Source of the DNA: Thermodesulfobacteriota bacterium
Lineage (GTDB): Bacteria; Desulfobacterota_D; UBA1144; Nemesobacterales; Mycalebacteriaceae
Length of the DNA stretch: 64,000 nucleotides
NCBI GenBank assembly: GCA_965205855.1
Contig: OZ242184.1
Span: 992,001-1,056,000 of the forward strand
Reading direction: 5' to 3'
Numbering within the stretch: the stretch's first letter is position 1; the number at the start of each line of letters is the position of its first letter. The translations under genes and the position numbers were made by a program. The notes below the pieces were generated by a model. The model was not told where the DNA came from. It ran no database searches and saw only the letters and a program-made list of their open reading frames with translations. This document shows positions 1 through 9,765 of this stretch, one piece after another.

Positions 1-853
1 TGTCGCGGACAAAATTCGGTTTGCCTGAAATGCCGTCCCCGTCCCGGTCTTCGGGGTCAGACTTCGCCATTATATCATCGGGATGAACGGCTTCAAGCAA
101 GCCCAATCCGGTCATCTGCGGAGTTGAGCGCGGAGAAGTCATCACTGAACCGCTCATGGCACCGTAGGAAAGGTTTTCAACCGAATAAATGGGATGCCGC
201 AGAAAGACCGTTTTCCCGCCGTTCAGAAAAACCGGAAATTTCTTGTAAATAACCTTCACACGCCCTTCGGGTCTGACCGGAGAAATGGACAAACTCTGTA
301 TCTGTCCGCCGTAAACCGGCTCGGGAATACTCAAAATCTCTTTGTTTTCAAACGCTTTTATCTCGTATTTCCCATCAGGTGGGACGGACAGAAAAAACAG
401 CATGGATTTGGTTAAAAAACCCGAACTTTGCGGCACTGAGCCGCGTCCGTCCTTCAAGTGGCAGCTTTGACATGACCTCGCGTTGAAAAGAGGTCCCAAT
501 CCGTCCGAGGCGAGAGTTGAAGACGGCGAAGCGACCCACATCTTACGGAAAAACGCGTCTCCCACTTGAAACTTTCCCTGCTGTTCAAAAGTCAGGTTTT
601 GTAAATGATGTGAAAAAGAGTCGCGATTGACAAACTTCAGAGAGGTTCCAGCCCCGCCTTGCATCATCTCAAAACGTTCCGCCCTGTCAAAACTGACTGC
701 CGGACGCGTCAGTTTATAAACGCGGATGCGCTCGGCTTCAGTCAGATCGTAGCGAAATGGCTCCGCGGACAAAGCGACGTGACAAAATGCCATCAGCGCC
801 GGAAGAAACACCGCAATGAGGGTTCTACTGAAAAACCGCAGCTGGATTGTCAA
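1..853 (-). CDS. Di-heme oxidoreductase (DHOR) family protein, 5' part; runs off the window
   Basis: Manual translation from TTG at 853: signal-like N-terminus, then MWVASPSSTLASDGLGPLFNARSCQSCHLKDGRG (CxxCH heme motif); directly downstream of imelysin. Confidence 0.85.
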   Translation of the reverse strand, partial: MTIQLRFFSRTLIAVFLPALMAFCHVALSAEPFRYDLTEAERIRVYKLTRPAVSFDRAERFEMMQGGAGTSLKFVNRDSFSHHLQNLTFEQQGKFQVGDAFFRKMWVASPSSTLASDGLGPLFNARSCQSCHLKDGRGSVPQSSGFLTKSMLFFLSVPPDGKYEIKAFENKEILSIPEPVYGGQIQSLSISPVRPEGRVKVIYKKFPVFLNGGKTVFLRHPIYSVENLSYGAMSGSVMTSPRSTPQMTGLGLLEAVHPDDIMAKSDPEDRDGDGISGKPNFVRD

Positions 854-2105
854 GACTGTCTGAGCCCTCAAATTGAACAACTCCGAGTTTTAGAATTGAG
901 GCAATTCTTTCAATTGAATGTGACTGCTCAACAAGAGCGTCAATGGCATATTGCACGACCTTGTTTCCTTCAACATTACCATCTCCTATCATCTGGTCGT
1001 AGGATTCAATACTCTCGGCGCGTGAGCGCAGTTTTGCCATCACCACCACGGTTTTGTTAAGGGCGGCAATCGTTTTGTTGTTTGCATCTTCGGACACTCT
1101 ACGCACCAAATCCGAAACTGAAGCTCCCTCCACAACGGAACCGTCTGTCCGCTTGTAACGCCCCGTATAGACATTGCGAATTCCTATCTGGTCAAAGTAG
1201 TGAGAGTTGTGAGTGTTGTCCGAAAAACAGTCGTGCTCCTCTTCGGGGTCATGCAGGAGAAGACCCAATTTCATCCTCTCTCCGGCAAGTTCTCCATATG
1301 AAAGCGATCCCATTCCGGTAATAATCGCTGCAATACTCGCGCCCGGGTCGTTCAAAAGATTTTCCCGTGCCGCGCCGCCTTCTTTCCAGTTTGTGACCAT
1401 CTCCTCCAAATCCGAGACAAGAAGCGCAGTTGCCGCCTTGAGATATTGAACGCGCCGTTTGCAGTTATCTCCCGTGCATCTGCGTCTGTGGGTGTCAAAA
1501 TCGGTCGCCGGACGGTTTCCTGCCCCGGGAACGGTTCTGTTCAAATCCTGCCCCCACAACAGAAACTCAATGGCGTGGTATCCCGTCGCCACATTGTCTT
1601 CTTTGTTTTCAGCCTCGTGCAGAAGGTCACGGAGAAGTTCCGGGGTAATTTTCCTGGCGTCCACCCTCTTGCCTCCCACCGTTATTATTTTGTTGGCAAT
1701 GACATTAACGGGGCGAAACTCTCCACCGAAACCGCTCCCATATGACGGGTCAACATAGTCAATCAGACTTTCGTCAAGAGGCCACGCATTCACCCTTCCC
1801 TCCCAGTCATCCACTATGGGATTGCCGAATCTGAAAACCTCGCTCTGCATATACGGCACGCGAGATTCGGTCCACGCCGCACGGGCGGCTAAAAGGGTCG
1901 CCTCCGAAGGCGAATCAACCAGGGCGAGAACCGACGCTTCAAGAGCACGGGCAAGGGCAATGGAGTCCTCGTAAGTTGCTTGAGCTACGTCGGCGTAGGT
2001 TTTCAGAACCTCAATTTTCTCCGGTTCCGCGGCTTGTGCCACGGGAATACGCATGAATACGGCGGACATTGCAAAAAACAGAACCGGCATTAATAATCTT
2101 CTCAT
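825..2105 (-). CDS. Imelysin (peptidase M75)/IrpA-like iron-regulated periplasmic protein
   Basis: GYHAIEFLLWG (GxHxxE) and EEEHDCFSD motifs, signal peptide; start placed at ATG 2105 after an AGGAG RBS. Confidence 0.9.
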   Translation of the reverse strand: MRRLLMPVLFFAMSAVFMRIPVAQAAEPEKIEVLKTYADVAQATYEDSIALARALEASVLALVDSPSEATLLAARAAWTESRVPYMQSEVFRFGNPIVDDWEGRVNAWPLDESLIDYVDPSYGSGFGGEFRPVNVIANKIITVGGKRVDARKITPELLRDLLHEAENKEDNVATGYHAIEFLLWGQDLNRTVPGAGNRPATDFDTHRRRCTGDNCKRRVQYLKAATALLVSDLEEMVTNWKEGGAARENLLNDPGASIAAIITGMGSLSYGELAGERMKLGLLLHDPEEEHDCFSDNTHNSHYFDQIGIRNVYTGRYKRTDGSVVEGASVSDLVRRVSEDANNKTIAALNKTVVVMAKLRSRAESIESYDQMIGDGNVEGNKVVQYAIDALVEQSHSIERIASILKLGVVQFEGSDSLDNPAAVFQ

Positions 2106-2129
2106 TTCTCCTCTTTTAAGCAAAGATTT

Positions 2130-2888
2130 CTACAAAGCGAGGACGATTTGGACACCGCCCCATGTTCCCGCAGCTTCAACGCTATTGTCCGCTTTTATTT
2201 CTTCCTTAATGTCACTCTGTTCAAAACTGTGGTTCAGATGAAAAACAAGAGCCGCTTTATCCCAAATCGCGACATCCACCTCAACGCCTATCTGAAAATT
2301 GTTTGCTCCGTCATGTTCAGGGGTTATGTAACCAAAATCAAATGATTGAAGAACATACGGAAAAACGGTTATAGACCCGAAGAACTGAGGAATATCAACC
2401 GAAGCCCCTATTTCCACAAAAGAACCGTCCTCTTCGGTTGAATAGACATATCCAACCGATCCGGAAACAAAAGGCAGACCACCGTAACCCGCTTCCGCGA
2501 AAAATTCATTATCTTTGGTGTTGTCGTGAGTGAACTCAAGGCGCGTATATCCGACCGATAACTCAACCTCGTGAAACTCAACCCCGTAGCCGACTCCAAT
2601 ATTAACCTCGCTATACTGCTCCTTATCGCCAGCAAGGTGGTCAAAAGCGACTGAAAGACCCTTATAACCCAGGGAAGTTCCAAAAGTGTAAACACCGCCG
2701 CTGGAAAGTTCGTTACGTCCTTCCGACGCGTATTTTGAATCCCAACCGCCGTAAAACTCAACCTCAACATCCTTGAAAACCGCAAGCCCCGAAGATTCCT
2801 CCGCAAACGCAAAACGCCCTCCGGAGAAAACGGTAAACAGAAAAAGCACCGTAAAAAATGCTGATTTTTTGAGTGAATATTTATTCAT
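2130..2888 (-). CDS. Putative outer-membrane beta-barrel protein (TorF-like porin)
   Basis: Signal peptide ending AFA, alternating aromatic beta-strand pattern, hydrophobic C-terminal strand; start MNKYS at 2888. Confidence 0.6.
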   Translation of the reverse strand: MNKYSLKKSAFFTVLFLFTVFSGGRFAFAEESSGLAVFKDVEVEFYGGWDSKYASEGRNELSSGGVYTFGTSLGYKGLSVAFDHLAGDKEQYSEVNIGVGYGVEFHEVELSVGYTRLEFTHDNTKDNEFFAEAGYGGLPFVSGSVGYVYSTEEDGSFVEIGASVDIPQFFGSITVFPYVLQSFDFGYITPEHDGANNFQIGVEVDVAIWDKAALVFHLNHSFEQSDIKEEIKADNSVEAAGTWGGVQIVLAL

Positions 2889-2901
2889 TATGGCCTGCTT
2901 A

Positions 2902-2948
2902 ATTGAAAAATTTCCACTCAAGATACTATTGTTGACACAGTATATCAA
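2902..2948 (-). promoter_or_regulatory. Sigma70-type promoter of the iron-uptake operon with adjacent imperfect palindrome
   Basis: TTGATA-17bp-TATCTT on the minus strand, followed by AGTGGAAATTTTTCAAT. Confidence 0.4.
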
Positions 2949-3050
2949 GAATATATTTTCGTCATACAAAAAAATTCAACGTTCTGTAATTCACCCTCGC
3001 TCTCGGACACTGTTATAATAGACCTCTTAAATCACCACGGCGGAAAAAGA

Positions 3051-4286
3051 ATGAGTCTCATAGTTCAAAAATACGGCGGAGCCAGCGTTTCAGACATTGA
3101 CTGCATCGGGCGCGTTGCGGAAAACATCATCAGGTGCGCGAAGAAAGAAAACGGCATTGTGGCGGTTGTATCCGCGATGGCAGGTGAAACAGACCGCCTT
3201 ACAAACCTCGCGCGCTTGGTTATGAACCCTCCAGACAAACGCGAGCTTGATGTGATTATTTCAAGCGGAGAACAGGTTTCATCGGGACTTCTGTGCATGA
3301 AAATTAAATCGCTCGGACACGATGCGGTTTCTTTTCAGGGACATCAAGTGCGCGTAATGACTGACAACTCCTTTGCCGGAGCAAAAATAAAAACCATTGA
3401 CGACAGTAAAATCAAGGACGCGCTGACAGCCGGCAAGGTTGTGGTCGTGGCGGGATTTCAGGGAGTGGATGACGAAGGGAATGTTACCACTCTAGGCAGA
3501 GGCGGGTCGGATTTAACCGCTGTGGCAATCGCTTCTGTTCTCAAAGCGGACAGTTGCGAGCTGTATAAGGATGTTAACGGTATCTTTTCAGCCGATCCTT
3601 CTGTGTGCGAAGGCGCGGCAAAGTTGGACAAAGTTTGCTATGAAGAGATGCTTGAAATGGCAAGTGCGGGTTCAAAAGTTCTCCAGGCGAGAGCCGTGGA
3701 ATACGCAAGCAAATTCTCAATACCTCTTCATGTGCGCCCCGTGAACGCTCCTGAGAAAGAGGGAACATGGGTTATGGAGGAAAACGTTATGGAATCAATG
3801 GAAGAGGCAATAATTTCGGGTGTAAGTTCCGACAAGAATCAGGCGAAACTCACGATAACCGGAGTTCCCGACCAACCGGGGGTCGCGGCAAATATCTTTT
3901 CAGCCCTTGCCCGGCAAGACATATCGGTTGATATGATTGTTCAAAACATCAGCCGTGACGGATTCAATGATGTTACCTTCACAGTGCCGCGCGCGGAGTT
4001 TGCAAGAGCGGCGGAAATAACTCGCGAGGTGTCGGAAAAACTGGGCTCAAAACATATGGAGTCCGAAGAAAGCATCTCAAAAGTGTCACTTGTGGGAATA
4101 GGGATGAGGTCTCATTCCGGCGTGGCAGCGCGAATGTTTGAAACCCTGGCGCGGGAAAAGATAAACATAATGATGATAAGCACGTCTGAAATTAAAATCT
4201 CCTGCTTGGTGCGTGAAGACCAGACCGAGCCGGCCGTACGCGCTTTACACAAAGAATTTTTTAAAGAAACCACAGGTGGAAAATGA
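3051..4286 (+). CDS. lysC: Aspartate kinase
   Basis: VQKYGG, VVSAMAG, TTLGRGGSD motifs; two ACT domains (ISTSEIKIS). Confidence 0.97.
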   Translation: MSLIVQKYGGASVSDIDCIGRVAENIIRCAKKENGIVAVVSAMAGETDRLTNLARLVMNPPDKRELDVIISSGEQVSSGLLCMKIKSLGHDAVSFQGHQVRVMTDNSFAGAKIKTIDDSKIKDALTAGKVVVVAGFQGVDDEGNVTTLGRGGSDLTAVAIASVLKADSCELYKDVNGIFSADPSVCEGAAKLDKVCYEEMLEMASAGSKVLQARAVEYASKFSIPLHVRPVNAPEKEGTWVMEENVMESMEEAIISGVSSDKNQAKLTITGVPDQPGVAANIFSALARQDISVDMIVQNISRDGFNDVTFTVPRAEFARAAEITREVSEKLGSKHMESEESISKVSLVGIGMRSHSGVAARMFETLAREKINIMMISTSEIKISCLVREDQTEPAVRALHKEFFKETTGGK

Positions 4287-5860
4287 GCGACAAGGTTGAG
4301 ATATACGACGTAACACTGCGGGACGGAACACAGGGCGAGGACATATCCTTTTCTGTTGAAGAGAAAATCCTGATAACCGAAAAAATCGCCGATCTTGGAG
4401 TAAGTTACATAGAAGGCGGATGGCCCGGCTCAAACAACCGCGACAGGGAATACTTTGGGCGCGCCCTCTCTCTGAATACGGGCGATTGCACGGTCAGTGC
4501 GTTTTCAAGCACTCGGCGCGCGGGAGGTTCGTGCGACAAAGACGCCAACCTTCAGACGCTTCTTAAAACCGGTGTCTCGACTGCTGCTATTGTCGGCAAG
4601 AGTTGGGATTTTCATGTTGACAAGGTGCTTGGAACAACACTTGAGGAAAACCTCGCGATGATAAGCGAGTCGGTAAGCTATCTGAAAAACCGGATGGAAA
4701 ACGTGTTTTTTGACGCAGAGCATTTCTTTGACGGATTCAAGGCAAACCGCAGCTACGCACTGTCTGCGGCGCGTACGGCTCTTGATTCCGGAGCGAATGC
4801 GGTTGTCCTTTGCGATACAAACGGCGGCTCAATGCCGTGGGAAGTGGAACAGACGATTGCCGAAACAATCAAACACCTCGGAGGCAGTGCGCCGCTTGGA
4901 ATTCACACCCATAATGACACAGAACAGGGAGTGGCAAACACCCTTTATGCCGTCAGAGCGGGCGCAAGACATGTGCAGGGCACAATCAACGGCTACGGGG
5001 AAAGGTGCGGCAACGCGAACCTCTGCTCAATAATACCAAACATATCTCTTAAACTGGGGATGAAATGCATTGACGATGAAAAAATGAAAAAACTTTATGA
5101 AACCGCAAATTTCATAAATGAGATTGCAAACCTTAACCCTTTGAAAAAGAAGGCTTTTGTTGGAGAAAGCGCTTTCGCACACAAAGGCGGAATCCACGTA
5201 AGCGCGGTAGTCAAGGACCCGGAAACATATGAGCACATAAACCCCGAACTTGTCGGGAACCACAGAAGGGTTCTGGTGTCAGACCTTTCCGGCAGGGCAA
5301 ACATAATAGCAAAGGCGGCGGAGTTCGGTGTGAAGATTGACCCTCAAGATGAAAAGGTACCCGGTATATTGAGCGAACTGAAAAAACTGGAAAACCAAGG
5401 ATACGAGTTTGAAAGAGCCGCCGCGTCCTTTGAACTTCTTGTGAGAAAACATCTGGGACTTTACAAAAAACATTTCTTTGTGCAAGACATCTCAACGGAA
5501 GTGAAACGCGAGGGACGGGACAACAAACCGGTTTCATCGGCGAGGGTATCGGTGACCGTTAACGGACAGGTTGAGAGCTCCCAAGCTTCGGGAAACGGTC
5601 CCGTAAACGCGCTTGACAAAGCGCTCAGACAATCCCTTGAACGGTTTTTCCCTGGTATCCGTGAGCTCAGACTTAAAGACTATAAAGTCCGCGTGGTGTC
5701 GTCCTCAAAGGGAACGGACTCGATTGTTCGAGTTCTCGTCGGGTCGGGAGACGGCAGGGACTTGTGGAACACTGTCGGAGTATCGGAAAACATAGTTGAA
5801 GCAAGTTGGAAAGCGCTGATAGACAGTATTGATTACAAACTTCTCAAAGACAAAGCCTGA
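4283..5860 (+). CDS. cimA: Citramalate synthase
   Basis: DVTLRDGTQGE, YIEGGWPGSN, FFDAEHFFDG, HTHND, GERCGNANL, AHKGGIH. Confidence 0.93.
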   Translation: MSDKVEIYDVTLRDGTQGEDISFSVEEKILITEKIADLGVSYIEGGWPGSNNRDREYFGRALSLNTGDCTVSAFSSTRRAGGSCDKDANLQTLLKTGVSTAAIVGKSWDFHVDKVLGTTLEENLAMISESVSYLKNRMENVFFDAEHFFDGFKANRSYALSAARTALDSGANAVVLCDTNGGSMPWEVEQTIAETIKHLGGSAPLGIHTHNDTEQGVANTLYAVRAGARHVQGTINGYGERCGNANLCSIIPNISLKLGMKCIDDEKMKKLYETANFINEIANLNPLKKKAFVGESAFAHKGGIHVSAVVKDPETYEHINPELVGNHRRVLVSDLSGRANIIAKAAEFGVKIDPQDEKVPGILSELKKLENQGYEFERAAASFELLVRKHLGLYKKHFFVQDISTEVKREGRDNKPVSSARVSVTVNGQVESSQASGNGPVNALDKALRQSLERFFPGIRELRLKDYKVRVVSSSKGTDSIVRVLVGSGDGRDLWNTVGVSENIVEASWKALIDSIDYKLLKDKA

Positions 5861-5868
5861 CCCGTTTT

Positions 5869-6720
5869 TTATCTTCCGAAAATTCCGGAGAGCCTGTTCC
5901 ACTCTTTAATGTACCGCTCAAGATGGCTTCGTCCCAAAGCGGCTTCGGTTGCTATCATCTCCCTGACAAGTTCCTGCTCTTTTTCATATTCCCCACTGTC
6001 AAGAAAGCCGCCGAAATGAGCAAAACGCAACCAGAGAAGATAGGTTGTGAGAGCGTCAAATTCGTTGTATCTGACTATGTCGTCAGTCCCGCCCTCAAGC
6101 CACATCGGGGCGACTTCATTTCCGTCAAAGCCCATTTTACCGGGTATCCCGGACAATCTTGCAAGTTCGTTAAGCGACGGAGTTGATCTGTTCCCGCCCA
6201 CTATTGTCATCATGTCAACATTCCAATCGCTTGCGGCAGAAAAATAGTCCGCCCCTTCCCAGGGTTTGTCGGGCCTGCGCGCAAAGGACGGAACGGAAAG
6301 ACCGTTTGTAACAGCACGCTGCACAAGAATTCTCAAATCCGCGCGCACGGAGTTGTAGCCAACCACCTGAGGTTTGTCCCTGCCAACCGCCTCAAGAAAC
6401 GTGCCTACTATGTGAGTCTCCAGTTTTTTCTCTTCAGAACTCTCCCCTACCTGAGGAAGTGAAAGCAACCTGACCGTAGCACCGTCGTCTTGAGAGAAAG
6501 TCCTCGCAACCATTGAAATGGAAACAACCCTACACAGAACGGTCTTCAAAAAAGGTCTGGGGTCTTGTTCGGTCGCCCCGCCCTTTTTCCACATCTCTTC
6601 CATAACATCGGCATCGGTCATGTCTTCGGGCAGGTCATAAACAAGCCTCCCCGCAACAGGGTCGGGAACCCACTCAACATCAAACGCCCACACTTTGTGG
6701 TGAACTGATTTAAACATCAA
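5869..6720 (-). CDS. Stand-alone PolB-like DEDD 3'-5' exonuclease
   Basis: FDVEWVPD (ExoI), GYNSVRADL (ExoII), YNEFD (ExoIII), GIPGK. Confidence 0.85.
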   Translation of the reverse strand: MMFKSVHHKVWAFDVEWVPDPVAGRLVYDLPEDMTDADVMEEMWKKGGATEQDPRPFLKTVLCRVVSISMVARTFSQDDGATVRLLSLPQVGESSEEKKLETHIVGTFLEAVGRDKPQVVGYNSVRADLRILVQRAVTNGLSVPSFARRPDKPWEGADYFSAASDWNVDMMTIVGGNRSTPSLNELARLSGIPGKMGFDGNEVAPMWLEGGTDDIVRYNEFDALTTYLLWLRFAHFGGFLDSGEYEKEQELVREMIATEAALGRSHLERYIKEWNRLSGIFGR

Positions 6721-6726
6721 AATTTT

Positions 6727-6957
6727 TCAGCCTTTCATACCGTTGTCTTTTGCCATATGGCGCAGGCAGGTTGAGAGCGCAAGCATTGTGGGAGACCAAA
6801 GTCCCACAAAGATACCGAGCCGCTCCGCGGCCGCGCGCATTATCATGTCATCTCCCATTCCGCCCCACAAAAACCAGGCTCCAAGAGAAAGAGCCACTGA
6901 GGTAAGCCCTCCAAGAAAGAACAGTTTGCTGAGAAACATATAGGTTGAGTTTTTCAT
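6727..6957 (-). CDS. Small two-TM membrane protein of unknown function
   Basis: 76 aa, GGAGG RBS, two hydrophobic helices, ERLGIFVGLWSPT motif. Confidence 0.75.
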   Translation of the reverse strand: MKNSTYMFLSKLFFLGGLTSVALSLGAWFLWGGMGDDMIMRAAAERLGIFVGLWSPTMLALSTCLRHMAKDNGMKG

Positions 6958-7122
6958 TGATACACACCTCCGTATTTGAGTATAAAGACAAAACCGTTAA
7001 CAGCAAAAGCAACAAATCCCTTTCGCAATCCCTTACATTCTTGACTTGTTTTGATAAACCCTTAGTTTTTTAAGCAACAGGGATGCCAAGTAGGCAATAC
7101 CAAGACCTGTTATGGAGGAAAA

Positions 7123-8319
7123 ATGAAAAAGAACATCTTTCTAATAGGTGGAAATGCTCTCTTTGCGGCTTTTCTTGCCTTGACAATAGTGTTTGCCTCA
7201 CCCGTCATGGCGGATGAGGATGACGATGTCGCACCCTCGCCTCCTTCAATAGGAGCGGATATTCCGCTGACATACTTCGGTCCCGCGCCATCGGATGTCA
7301 AACCCGAATTGATAGGCCCCTATCAACTTATGAAATCCGGAAAACTGGATTTGGAAACGGGAACCATCACGCTTCCGCTTTACAGAGGAGTGATGGGAAA
7401 AAGAGATGTCTGGTATATCGTTACCGACACCACCGACAAGTCCAATGCCGAGGCGCTCGGAATCAACCATTCACCGAAGTTGCACTACTCAAACGTTGGT
7501 AATGCGGTCCGGACGGCGACTCTTATAACCGACAAAAACAACAAAGCCATGCTGAGTTTCAAATCCGGAAGAGTGGACTTTTCACCGAAACGCAGTGTTG
7601 TTCCGGGCAAAGCCCCAAATTTCTTCCCACCTGCGAAGGCAAATCCCGGTTCCGTTGGAGACAAAGACTATACGCCTTTGGTAAGGGTTGAAAATGCCGG
7701 GGGACACATCTACAACGCCCCGGTTCTGGCGTTTGGAGTCAGCGCGGACAAGTTGAACAAATTTTGCGATGAGAAACCCGATCACTCTGTTGTTCACGAC
7801 AAAGTTAAAAGTATTTGCCCGCGCGAGGGAACCGTAACCGTGGAGCTGACCGCCGGATTCAGTTTTTCGCGTCCGGTTTTGTATATTTCCACAGAAGGCG
7901 CGGACCCGGTGGTCGCCACGCTTGAAGGAGCGACTTACACACCTGCGCTTAAAGACATTCCCACCGGCGGAGACGACAGTCTGTTCAGCGCAGTGGAGCG
8001 TATCTTCGTCGCAGTCAACGGACCGACAGGAAAAAACAATCCTCAGCGGCAGGGGCTCAACAGCGCCCTTTCAGACGGACGCACACCGCTTAATGTTCTT
8101 GGTGGCATTCCGACAATCGCCACGGACTACAGTCCACTGTGGGACTTGAATCCTTTTGTCTGGACAGAAAAAGCCATAAAAAAAGGATACCGCTCCAGAC
8201 TGACGGAGGAGTTTGACATCCTCGGAAAAGTGGAAAACGGACATCTGGTTGGACCCGGAGAAAAGTTCGGCTCCATCGGAGTTGTTGTCAACTGTCCTAT
8301 TGTTTTCCGTTTTCTGTAG
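7123..8319 (+). CDS. Secreted protein of unknown function with internal duplication
   Basis: GGAGG RBS, signal peptide, two related halves (DYTPLV..YNAPV / DYSPLW..VNCPI), own terminator. Confidence 0.8.
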   Translation: MKKNIFLIGGNALFAAFLALTIVFASPVMADEDDDVAPSPPSIGADIPLTYFGPAPSDVKPELIGPYQLMKSGKLDLETGTITLPLYRGVMGKRDVWYIVTDTTDKSNAEALGINHSPKLHYSNVGNAVRTATLITDKNNKAMLSFKSGRVDFSPKRSVVPGKAPNFFPPAKANPGSVGDKDYTPLVRVENAGGHIYNAPVLAFGVSADKLNKFCDEKPDHSVVHDKVKSICPREGTVTVELTAGFSFSRPVLYISTEGADPVVATLEGATYTPALKDIPTGGDDSLFSAVERIFVAVNGPTGKNNPQRQGLNSALSDGRTPLNVLGGIPTIATDYSPLWDLNPFVWTEKAIKKGYRSRLTEEFDILGKVENGHLVGPGEKFGSIGVVVNCPIVFRFL

Positions 8320-8355
8320 GATAAGACAGCCGTTACAACGGTTGACAGAAAAGGC

Positions 8356-8398
8356 AAAAAAAAAACGGCTTGCAAGCATACCGCAAGCCGTTTTTTTT
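8356..8398. terminator. Bidirectional rho-independent terminator
   Basis: A10-CGGCTTGC-9nt loop-GCAAGCCG-T8. Confidence 0.9.
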
Positions 8399-8654
8399 GG
8401 AGATTTGTTGTTTTCACACTTCGTTTGAGTTGACAGATTATTGGCGGTGTATTGAACCCCTTTGAGTTCGAATCCCCTATACTTACCAGTATGTTGCCAC
8501 AAATAATCGCCCTGAAAACAACGAAAAGCAAAATTTACGTTGCTACGCCTTGTTTTTATTTGATTTCCATTCTCTGCATAATTTCAATCATGGCTAGGAA
8601 AGTACGGTACTAATCGTACGTTCGAATCCCTGTTTGGGATTCATTGGAAACGTA

Positions 8655-9764
8655 TTATTCTTCGCGGTCTGGCAGCCTGTAGCTGGTGCTTCGTCCACCA
8701 CCGGGGTTCTGAATAAAGATGCCTCGTTCTTTCAGTTCTTGAATATCACGAAGCGCCGTATCATTTGAACACTTGGCCAGCTTGGCGTATTTCGAGGTAT
8801 TCATAAAGCCTTCAAAATCATCTTCAAGCATACGGTTGATGATCTGCCGCTGCCGATCATTAACAGGCTTTTGATTGATTATATCCCAGAGCTGCGCCTT
8901 GAACAGCACATTGCCAAGCGTCGTTTCAGCATTGCTAATGGCCCGGCCAAGGCAATCCAAGAACCATGACAGCCACTCCGTAATATCAGGTGTAGCGCGT
9001 TGTTGCGCTTCAAGTTGATTGTAATATTGTTTGCGCTCGGCTTCGATTTGGGATGAAAGACTGTAAAAACGATCTGGCGTGCCATCTGCGCGAGCAAGTG
9101 CCATGTCACCAATGGCTCTGGCAATCCGTCCATTCCCATCTTCAAACGGATGGATTGTCACAAACCATAGGTGGGCAATACCTGCTCTGATAACAGGATC
9201 AGTATCATCTTCACTTTCCAGCCATGTTAGAAATGCACCCATTTCCTTTTTAAGGCGCTCTGCACTTGGGGCTTCAAAATGGACCTTTTTTTTGCCAATA
9301 GGGCCGGAAATAACCTGTATGGGACCAGCGTCAATAGTGCGCCAGCCACCAACGGTGATTTTGTGCATACCGCTGCGTCCTGTTGGGAATAATGCCGCAT
9401 GCCAGTCAAACAAACGATATTTTGTCAGCGGCTTAGAGAATTGTTGCGTAGCATCCAGCATCATCTCCACAATACCTTCAACGTCGTGGCTTGCAGGGAT
9501 AAATCCGGCAATATCAATTCCGAGCCTACGGGCAATGGAAGAGCGCACTTCTTCTGGGTTTAGGTTCTCACCTTCAATGGCCGATGATTTAACCACGTCA
9601 TTGGTTAGCGTGCTAAGAGAAGCCTCACGTTTAAGCTCAAAGCCAAGCCCCTCCATGCGCCCCAGCAAACGACCTTGGTGATGACGTATATCAGCCAGCT
9701 TGGACGCAAGGGTTTCTGCATCCCATATAAAGCTTGGCCAGTTTTGATGTTCATGAATCCACAT
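8655..9764 (-). CDS. Fic family protein with DUF4172-type N-terminus and C-terminal wHTH
   Basis: Canonical HPFEDGNGRIAR motif; MWIHEHQNWPSF start; SNDTALRDI...GGRSTSY C-terminus. Confidence 0.92.
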   Translation of the reverse strand: MWIHEHQNWPSFIWDAETLASKLADIRHHQGRLLGRMEGLGFELKREASLSTLTNDVVKSSAIEGENLNPEEVRSSIARRLGIDIAGFIPASHDVEGIVEMMLDATQQFSKPLTKYRLFDWHAALFPTGRSGMHKITVGGWRTIDAGPIQVISGPIGKKKVHFEAPSAERLKKEMGAFLTWLESEDDTDPVIRAGIAHLWFVTIHPFEDGNGRIARAIGDMALARADGTPDRFYSLSSQIEAERKQYYNQLEAQQRATPDITEWLSWFLDCLGRAISNAETTLGNVLFKAQLWDIINQKPVNDRQRQIINRMLEDDFEGFMNTSKYAKLAKCSNDTALRDIQELKERGIFIQNPGGGRSTSYRLPDREE

Positions 9765-9765
9765 A

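Noticed and set aside
3051-5860. lysC-cimA pairing and ilvC-psd-pssA adjacency as novelty
   Set aside because: Familiar gene orders in deltaproteobacteria-like genomes; the lysC leader is too short for a lysine riboswitch
8341-8437. 9-bp direct repeat GTTGACAGA flanking the terminator
   Set aside because: Too short and without element features; may be chance
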